A stretch of DNA of 58,913 bases, filler included, from Rhizaria sp. SCN 62-66 (Eukaryota): assembly GCA_001724265.1 (NCBI GenBank). It is 5 parts of 5 records of this genome, joined end to end, with 100 filler letters (N's around TTAATTAATTAA, not from the genome) between each part and the next. Parts side by side here need not be neighbours in the genome. Positions count along the whole stretch, not along the records: positions 47,422 to 58,913 come from MEDY01000544.1; 4 more parts are not named here. One strand, 5' to 3'. The position numbers and the translations under genes were made by a program. Of the stretch, positions 49,983-58,913 are shown piece after piece; position 1 is the first letter of the stretch; every line of letters starts with the position of its first letter. The notes under the pieces were generated by a model, which was not told the origin of the DNA, searched no databases, and saw nothing but the letters and a program-made list of their open reading frames with translations.

Positions 49983-52900
49983 TTACTCATTGCCAATGGT
50001 CTTGCTAGCTTGATTGTGACTGGCACCGAAGACGAACCCGCCAGCACTGGCCGCCGCCTTGGCAGCCTGCTCCGCAGCCACACGCAGCCCGCTCTCATCC
50101 CCAATCGCACTTGCATTGCCGCCACTGCAAGCGCTGTTCTTGCCGCTGGCAGCCGCCGCCGCTGTCGTGAGCAGCGCGATACAAGCGTCGAAGTCTTGCT
50201 GCTCGACAAACACTTCATCACGCCGCAAGCGAAGCCGCCGCGCGCGCCGCAGCGCCGCCATCGCCGCCTCGCGGCACACGTTGGCCAGCTGCGCACCCGA
50301 CGCCTGCGGGCCCAGCGCGGCGCGCGCGGCGACGGCGACTACAGCCAAGTCGACCCCCGCGGCCAACGGCATGCGGCGCGCGTGGGCGCGGATCACGGCC
50401 TCGGCGGTGGCGGCGTCGGGGGCCGGGACGAGCACGACGTGGTCGAAGCGCCCCGGTCGCAGCAGTGCGGCGTCGATGCGGTCCACACGGTTCGTGGCGG
50501 CGACGACCAGCACGCCCTCGGCGGCCTCAACGCCGTCCATCTCGTTCAGCAGCGTCGAGAGCACGCGCGCAGCCATGCTCTCAGCTGCGCCACCGCCACC
50601 GCTGCTCCTACCGCCGCCGCCGCCGCCACCACCACCTTCGCCGCTGTCGCCCATGTCGCGCTTGGTGACGAGTGCGTCGAGTTCGTCGAGAAACACAATG
50701 CACGGCCGGTTAGCGCGCGCTGTGGCAAACGCATCACGGATCGCGCGCTCAGCCTCGCCGAGAAAGGACGAAAAGGTCGCTGCCGCGTCGAGCGCCACGA
50801 AAGCGGCCTGGGCGCCGCGGGCGAGAGCGCGTGCAAGGGACGTTTTGCCGCCGCCGGGAGGGCCATGCATCAGGATGCCGCGCGGGGGGCGCAGACCGAG
50901 GCGTCTAAAAAAAAAAGAAAATAAAACAAAGATAAAACAAAAAAGATCAGGTGAGCATAAAGAATTTAGCGAGAACGGAAATATAAATAACATGAAGAGA
51001 TCATGAATAGCTATATGAATGAAATACATGTAATGCAACGTACTTGTAGGTGTCTGCGTAGCGCAGAGGCCACTCGACAGTCTGCCGCAGCCGCAGCTTG
51101 ACATCTTCCAGTCCGCCGACCTCATCAGCCCACCCGCCACCGCCGTTGCCGCTGAGGGCCGCGGATTTGTCGTTGAGCGCGTTGAGAGCGTGCCCGCGCA
51201 GTGACGCCGCGCCCACGGCCCCCAGCGCCGTGCGGAAGTGCCTCAACGCCACCGCTGGAGTCTCAGACACACTCTCCACGTCATCGGTGCCAGTGTTTGC
51301 GGCCGTGGTTGCGGTGCTTTCGCGGAGCGCCGCAAGCGCCGCCTCGCGCACGAGCGCGTGCAAATCCGCCGCGACAAACCCCACGCACGCCTCCGCGAGC
51401 ACGCGCGGCGCCACGTCCGCGGCCAGCGGCACCCGCGCCAGCAACGCGGTCAGCAGCGCGGCGCGCGCGGCGGCGTCGGGGGGCGCGACGACGAGCTCGC
51501 GGTCGAGCCGCCCCGGCCGCCGCAGCGCGGGGTCCATCGCGCCGCGCCGGTTCGTCGCCCCCACCACAACCACGCGCACGGGGCCAGAGCCAGAGTGAGA
51601 CGGCGCGCCGCTCGCAGTGAGCGGAGCGTTGGCGTTGGCGTCGGCGTTTGTGGAGTGGAAGCCGTCGATGAGCGTGAGGAGTTGCGCTACAAGCCGCGCG
51701 TCAGAGTCAGCGAGCGGCGCCCCCACGTCGCCGTCGCCCGCGCGCCGCGGCGCCAAAGCATCGATTTCGTCCAGAAACAGCACCGTCAGCACCGGCGTCA
51801 ACACGACCCGGGCCTGCGGCTGCGACTGGGACAGCGCAGACTGCGCTTGTCCGGAGTGAGAGGCGAGCGCGGCAAGTGGGAACAGCATGTCTGCAACCGC
51901 GAAGGGCGACGACGCCGTCGCCGTCGTCGCGCGCGCGGCCGCGTGCCCCGCAGCGGCGGCCGCGGCGGGCGTGGGCGCCAGCGCTGGCAGCGGCGCCGGC
52001 GCGTGGGCGTGCGCGAACAGCCCCCGCAGCCGCGCCTCGGACTCGCCGGGCGTCTGCGAGCGCAGGTGTGCGGAGTCGCTCACCAGCAGCCGCACACACG
52101 GCACCGCACACGGCACCGCCGCACCGCCACGACTGCTACTGTTCACAGCAGCGGCGGCGGCGGCGGTGGACAACTGCGAGTGTGAGCCGCTGTGGATGAT
52201 CTCATTCGCGACGGCCTCAATCGCCGCGCGCACGGCGTACGTTTTGCCGACGCCGGGCGGACCGCAGAGCAGAACACCACGCGGTGCTGTCGCCGTGGGG
52301 CCCAGGGCGGCCAATTGCGCACCGCGGCATAGGTGAGTGCGCAAGAGCTCTTGCAGCAGCGCGCCAGCGGGGCCAGCGTACGCAGAAGCAGTCGCAGCCG
52401 CGAGCGATGCTGCTGCTGCGGTGTCGCTGCTCGCAGACTCGGCGTCGGGATCAGCAGGAGCACTCGACGCAGTTGCGCTGCTGTCATGGTTGCTGCTGAT
52501 GTCGCTGTTTGAGGAAGCTGAGGCTAAGGCTGTGGCTGAGGTGGCGGCGGCGGCGGCGGTAGGATTGTCGGTCGCGACGCGGACAACGGTCATTGGCCCC
52601 ACTGAGAGCGCCCAGCCGGCGGGCAGCGGCCGCAGCAGCGCACCGTCACAGTTGCTGACACGACTGTTGCAACTCTGGGAGGAGGACGGTGAAGTGGCTG
52701 ATACCGGAGGCAGTGCGGGCGGCGCGGGGAAACAGTCAGCGACTTCCAACCACACAACACTCTCGCGCACATGCGCACTCGTACTCGCACTCGCGCTTAC
52801 ACTCGCGTCGGCACCAGCCTCATCGCCGTCTGTGTCGGCGTTGTTGCTCTTGGCGCCTGAATGCGGCGGTGTGAGCGCAATGCGCGCGCCGGCGACGAGC

Positions 52901-54156
52901 GGCAGCCCTGACAGCAGAGCGCGCAGAGCCGCGGGCGGCGCGGACAGCAGCTGCCGCGCCCACGCCGGCGGCACGCGGTCGGCCACCGCGGTCGCCACAG
53001 CAAAATCCGACTCCAATGTTGCGGACGCAGAGGCAGAGGACGACGATGATGACTGTGTCTCCGTGAGAGTGTGAGTGGGAATGATGTGACTGTGAATGCG
53101 GCGTTTTTGCGCGGGGCCGCAGCGGAGCAGCAGGAGCACGCGCACCGCCGTCACCGGCGCACCGAGCGGCAGCACCGCGGCAGTAACGCCCCCCGCCTCG
53201 CTACAACGGGCGGTGCGCGTGTACGCGAGCAGCGGGTGCGACGGCGGCAGTTGCAGCGGGCTATTTGGCGGCAGCACCGCAACGGCACGCGGTGCAGGCA
53301 ATGAGGAGGTCACGGGCTTAACCACTGGAGCAGTCACCATCGCAGGCTCGGGCTCAGTCACTGATGATGTCTCTGGTGCGGCTACAGTCCCAGTCGCAGA
53401 CACAGTCTCGGTCTCAGGCTCAGGCCTAGGCTCAGGAACTGTAGCTGCAGTCTTAGAGCCAGAGATATATCCAGTCTCACCCGCGGGTTCAGCCGGAGAA
53501 TCAGGCCCGTTAGCGCCAGGTGCGGGCACGGGCTTACGTTTAGCGGCTGCAATCAACGCCGACAACGACTGCCGACTGCCGCCGCCAACTCCGCCAATCC
53601 CACCAAGCCCAGTGCTTTGCGCCACCGACGGCGGCAGCACAGGCCTGCGGGACCCAGCAGGGACGGACGCGGCAACCACGGGCGGCGGGCGGCGCAGCGG
53701 CGCGAGCGCGGCGGTCGCGGCGGCGCTCTTGACGGCGGCGGCCGCGGCGGAGGCCGTTGCGGCGGCCGCGGCGGCGGCGGCGGGCGTCAGGACGCGGTGC
53801 GGCTGCGCGTACGCCGTGTCCGGCATAATCGCGCACGTATACACGCGCGACACGTTCGCAGCACTCGCGTCCGCCGCGGCGGAGCCGTTTGTTTGAGTGC
53901 AAGTGACCGTGGGCATGCAGAGGAGCGCGTCGCCGAGCGCGGCGCCGGAGTGCCGCAGCGCAGTGGCGTTGAGGTACCCCTCGGCAGGGGCCACGGCGCC
54001 CGACGCCGCGCGCGCCTGGCTGTAGAACGGCAGCAGCTGTTCGTGGCCACCGCGGGTTAGCATTGTGCAGGGCTGTAGCGCGGCGCCGCAGCTGCCAGTG
54101 CGAGCTGTGCCCGGTGGGTCGAGGGGGCTAGCGACCGTGGGGGCCAGAGTAGCCAT
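49983..54156 (-). CDS. Double AAA+ ATPase of the CDC48 clade, AFG2/SPATA5(-like); start uncertain
   Basis: Exons ~54156-51044 and 50904-49983. D1 has GPPGVGKT/FLDEID/LRRPGRLD. D2 has VGGLEDVKLRLRQTVEWPL, GPPGGGKT, FLDELD, VLSTLLNEMDG and LLRPGRFD. Ends TAA. Confidence 0.85.
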
Positions 54157-54552
54157 CTGGAGGAAGTTCGAAAAGTAGCATAGCAACAAGAGGCGACCGT
54201 TAACATCTATGGCTTTGTAAGAACAAATTTATCAATGTCGCGTTTCAATTTTGTCGAATTTCCTTATCCACTGGCGTTGATCTACCATGCACTTAAGTAT
54301 TTCTCCTCGAAAGCATGTGCTGGGTTACCAAACAGCTTGAGGTTGAGATTTGCCCTGCTTACTTTTGCCTCTGAAACTCATTAAAAGCAGCATAATCTCG
54401 AACAAAAATATGAATCATATCATTTCTACTCCACTTTCATCTCTGTTATCTCGCAACTCACATTCTGTCTCTCCCTGCGCCGCCGATTGCATTTGCACCA
54501 CAACGTTTGAACTCTCCCGACTCCTGACTCATCAAACGCCGCCGCACACAGC

Positions 54553-56023
54553 ATGCGTCTCTTCCCTGCGCTCTTTTGCGTCCTCGCGGCGCTTGTGGGC
54601 CTTGCGGCAGCCTCGAACTTCCGCTACCTGATCGATGACACCTTTGCGGCAGTCAAGAACGCGCCCCGCGAGCAGTTCGTCGTTTTCTACCACTCGTCCA
54701 ACCCTGACCACCTGACCAACCTCGCCGTACGTATATCTCGACCAATTTGCAACAAATGGCGCGCTGTGCAGCAAGTATCGCGTTTTTCATGTGTACTATA
54801 TTATCTTGTCTTCATTCATGTCTATATCAAATGTTTTTGTCCCATATAACTCTAAAACGCTCTCATGCCCTCAAATCTCCCTTAAATCTCGCTTTGTCCT
54901 TGCTCCGTCTTGTTCTACTCTCTCTTGTGCGCACTCCGACTATCCACAGGAGATCGACGAGGCTGCGGCGCGCCTGTCTGGCGATTTCCCTCACTTCTCC
55001 TTCCGCATCTGCGATGGTGACTCTGACGGCAACCGCGCTGACTTCAAGGAGGCCGGCTTCAACGGGCGTACGTCTATCTTCGCTCCTATATCTCCGAACA
55101 CAGAGCGGCCTGGTGTATATATAATACGACTGAAATATGCAATAATTTGGCATTTCAACTGTAATAATGTAAATTTGCCTCGCATATCTCTCACTAACTG
55201 CACGAACTCCTAACATCATCTATCCAACATCACTAATCGCTCTGATGAACCCTGTTCCCTGCGCCCTACAGCCTTCTACATGTTCACGGCGACCCCCGAG
55301 GCCGGCATCGAGCGCTACGCCCACTCGGCTACTGCCGCCGAGATTGAGACCCACATCCGCAACATCTACTCCCCCTTCGACCCGCGCGATGTGGGGACCT
55401 TCACCACGCAGGACGCCTTCCTCGCGCTCGTCGACACCGAGGACACGCCCGTCGTGGTCAAGTTCTTCGAGAACTGGTGCGCGCACTGCAAGGCACTCAA
55501 GAAGCCCTATAATATTGCCGCCACCAAGCTCCGCCACAAGGCGCGTTTCGTCGAGGTCGAGTGCTCCAAGGACGACCACACGCGTGCCTTTTGCGCGCGC
55601 CATGAGGCCCGTGCCTTCCCAGTGCTGCGCGCCTTCTCCTCCGAGCGCGGCGCCAAGTTCGACTTCGACTCGCGTTCGGTGATCAACCTCGAGAAGTTTG
55701 TCGACGCGTTCGCTGCCGGCGCTGTTGGAGACATCTCGGCCAAGAACCCCCAGGGCACCAGCAGCGGCTCCACCGGTACCTCCAACTCTCACTCGCACTC
55801 CAACGCTGGCTCTGCTGCTGCTGCGCGGTCGGCCAACGCCAACGCAAATGCAAACTCCGCTTCTGCGTCTGCCTCTGCGGCGGCGGCGGCGGCTGTGCTT
55901 GCCCGGTCCGCGAGTGTCGGCCCGTCGCTCGGCGTCGAGGCAGCCTGCGGCGACCGTGTGATCCAGCTCGAACGCGCGGTCGCCGCCCTCACGCTCCGCC
56001 TCGAGGCGCTCGAGCGCAAGTAA
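54553..56023 (+). CDS. Secretory PDI-like thioredoxin-domain protein (WCAHC)
   Basis: Exons 54553-54726, 54950-55067, 55272-56023. Signal peptide, VVKFFENWCAHCKAL, cis-Pro loop AFP and a C-terminal coiled coil. Ends TAA. Confidence 0.83.
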
Positions 56024-56795
56024 AGCGCGAACGCGAAGTCAAGCCGCGGGGTGGCGAAGTTAGGCCGCGTCCTGGTCCCAGCGAGGAGTGAAGATCGACG
56101 TTGATGTGGCTGTCCGCGCGCGCTCGCGTGGAGTGTCTTTTATTACTCGTAGTTTTAAAATTGTTTGTTGTGGAGTATTATTTCTGAATGTATTGTGTAT
56201 TTTTTGTATGGTATATGAATGTAATGTGATATAAAATAAAGTTTCGATGTCTCACACAATATCAATTCGCAATATCGATTTGTATGGAACGAGTGTGTCA
56301 CAAATGTGTTAAGCAATTGTTGATAGATGAAGAATCGAGAAAATGATCAATCTACGGATTTGTTTCTGTATTGATAATGAAAGACAGTGGTTGCACTTGA
56401 CAGCAATAGTACGACAATGCACTTATTGTTGAGATTTGTCCACAAAGACTGACTTTGGAATGAATGAGCTCAATAACAGGACAGGCAACCCCAGCACGTT
56501 CGATCTTTTGCACTTGCACTCGCAGTGGCGATTGCAGTGGCGAGGGCTGCAAGGCCTTAGACCCTGAGCAGACAAAGACTGAAGCTGAACTTGTCAACAG
56601 GAACGCAGTGAACCCAGTGGCATTGCGTTGGCCAGTCCGACTTACTTAAGCTCCACACGTAAAGCTTGACAGCAATACACAAAACCAGTAACGCTACACT
56701 ACAGATATAAGCATACACACTAGCGTGTTCATTGCTGTATATACTATGCGAGCGCCACGGGATCAATTTGCGTATATGTAAAGTGTCAATAGACC

Positions 56796-57771
56796 TCAGC
56801 CCCACTGTGCGAGCGCCGCGGGATCAATCTGTCCCATCCCGTCTCCATCGCCCCCGCCGTCAGCATCGTCACCGTCTGCGCCCGCGTTCATCCCTGGACA
56901 CAAGTGCGACAAGTGGCCAACGCGGCGACAGCGCCCGCACACGGCCGCGCCGCCAGGCCCCGCGGCGCGCGCGTCGTGCGGCTCGTCGGCGTCGCCGCCT
57001 TCGCCGAGGATGCCGAAGTTGGGCAGAAAGCGCGGGTGTGCGGCGGTGCACTCGCGCCCCCCCGGGCAGAATCCGGCCAAATACCGCGGGCAGAGCTCGC
57101 GGCGCACGTGCTCGAGCTGGCACGCGGGCCCGCGGCGGCAGAACCCGCGGTCGTAGGCCGGGCAGGAGCGCTTCGCGGCGACGGGCATGATATGCAGGAA
57201 GATGCAGTCGGCGCCAGCGTTGCAGGAGCCGGTGTCGCGGAGAAATGTGCAGCGCTGCATGCGAGCCATGTTGTACACGTGTGCGTTGTCGCAGGCTTCG
57301 TTCTTCTTGCAGATGCCGCGCACCCAGTGTTTGCACACTTCTGCGCTCCGGTGGCGCATCTAGAGTGGAGTGAATATGAATTAGCACAAACAAAGCAGTT
57401 AGCAAGATAAGAAATAGAGGGCAAAAAAGAAGGGTGAGAGAAGCCAAAGAATCATACATATGTAAAAACAGGCAATGTAAATATAAAAACCTTCGTTATA
57501 GAAAAAACTGATACGTGGTATTTGAATTGAGCGCGACTATCGAAGAGCTGAGCAGAAGTGAGGGCGTCGTGGAGAGCGTTAGTGTAGGCGGACGTACCTG
57601 ACAGAGTTGGCCTCCATTGCGCTGGCGGCACTGATCAGAGCGGCCATATGGGCAGATGAGCGCGTCTGCGCGGCGCTGGACCTCTCGCTTAACATCAACC
57701 TGCTGCGTCACAGCGACATCGATGTCCAGAGGCAGCCCAGTCAAGTCGAGCGTGCTCAGCGGGCCGGACAT
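56796..57771 (-). CDS. CPSF4: Cleavage and polyadenylation specificity factor 30 kDa subunit (CCCH fingers + CCHC knuckle)
   Basis: Exons 57771-57598 and 57359-56796. VCKHWVRGICKK..H, CPAYDRGFCRRGPAC..H, CPRYLAGFCP..HP and CGRCRRVGHLSHLC. Ends TGA. Confidence 0.9.
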
Positions 57772-58418
57772 TTCGCGAGTGCGTGGGGTGGAGCAAGTGC
57801 GGGCGGGGCGGCGGCGACGCGGGCCCGGTAGGGGGGTAAAAGGGGCAGCGGACGGGACGGGTTAAGGCGGGGCTATGAAAAAAACAGGGGCGGGCAGAAG
57901 CGCGGGAAGAGAGCTGGAGAAACGTTCTGGAAGCGTTGTGGTGAGGCAAACAAAGGACAGTAGAGTGAGTGGCAACTGAGCGGTTCAAGAGACATAATTG
58001 AACTGAACAGTAGATATGTGCATATAGAGTGATGTTAGGTCAGTAAAGCGACCTCAGAACGATTAGATCGGGGAAAATTCAGAAATCAAAGTGAGCCTTC
58101 CAGAGACTGCCAACAGCGGCTGCTGCTCACGGTCGGCCACCGCGAGGTTCCGAAAATATGCCGACTTTATTTCCGGGCTCTATGCTCAAAGTCGACAGAT
58201 GACGATTCTAAATATCGTCAGGATAGCGTCAAAAGTGTGGTATATAGAACTCTGTCTGAAATTTATAATAATTCACTGAATATATAATGTATTACTACTA
58301 ACACTGCGTCTGCCAGCGTTGTTTTGCGCTCAGGAAGACCTTATTTATGGCCCCGGTAAACCCAACTCACAACTTCGCCGTGCTTTGCCTTTGTTTCCCT
58401 GTTTTGCAGCGCTTCGGC

Positions 58419-58913
58419 ATGAACTTCCTGGCTGCTTTTGTCGCCAGCGGCGTGACCGCTGCGACCGCGACGTCTATGAAGACGGCCCGCGCCAGCGACG
58501 ACACTCTGCACCCCGTGCACGGCAGCTGGCCCCACCGCGACACCTTTTGGAAGGGGTTCGACCACCGCTCCCTGCGCCGCGGCTTTGAGGTCTACCGTCA
58601 GGTGTGCTCCACGTGCCACTCGCTTAAGTTCCTTGCCTTCCGTAACCTTGTTGGTGTGACCCACACCGAGGCCCAGGCCAAGATGATCGCCGCGACGTAC
58701 GAGGTCCAGGACGGCCCCAACGACGAGGGTGACATGTTTGACCGCCCCGGTAAGCTCTTTGACTACTTCCCCAAGCCCTACCCCAACGACGAGACTGCTC
58801 GCTTCGGCAACGGTGGCGCCCTGCCCCCGGACTTGTCCTGCATTGTCAAGGCGCGTCACGGCGAGGAGAACTACATCTACTCCATCCTCACTGGCTACCG
58901 TGAGCCCCCCGCC
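58419..58913 (+). CDS. CYC1: Mitochondrial cytochrome c1, 3' truncated by the window end; a 5' exon may lie upstream
   Basis: [23 protein letters not shown] haem motif, [15 protein letters not shown] and [13 protein letters not shown]. Confidence 0.96.
   Translation, partial: MNFLAAFVASGVTAATATSMKTARASDDTLHPVHGSWPHRDTFWKGFDHRSLRRGFEVYRQVCSTCHSLKFLAFRNLVGVTHTEAQAKMIAATYEVQDGPNDEGDMFDRPGKLFDYFPKPYPNDETARFGNGGALPPDLSCIVKARHGEENYIYSILTGYREPPA

Overview
Eukaryotic (protist-like) nuclear DNA with GC-rich exons and AT-richer introns. It is not one locus: five ~11.5-11.9 kb contigs are joined by artificial 100-bp N44-TTAATTAATTAA-N44 spacers (11934-12033, 23779-23878, 35596-35695, 47322-47421), so there is no synteny across gaps. 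Contig 1 holds a zinc-ribbon gene fragment, a decayed Ty1/copia retrotransposon, a Tourist-like MITE and two divergent ARM-like genes. One ARM-like gene is interrupted by an in-frame TAG, and the other appears to continue past two TAGs. Contigs 2-5 hold mostly intron-containing housekeeping genes: GFAT with a long presequence, EB1, an LRR/NQ-rich protein, a cNMP-domain protein, an ADAM/ADAMTS-like protease, cis-prenyltransferase, enoyl-CoA hydratase, RUVBL1, RPS11, EPC/EPL1, WASHC3, NCAPG2, a PX protein, an AFG2/SPATA5-like AAA ATPase, a PDI-like thioredoxin, CPSF30 and cytochrome c1, plus tRNA-Gln(CTG). The most notable signals are possible UAG sense-decoding (0 of 13 confident gene ends use TAG), a GFAT with a bipartite presequence ending in AQA|C, strict strand alternation of genes, and a dominant GTACG splice donor. 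All calls are by eye from motifs; no searches were run and the organism cannot be identified from this window.
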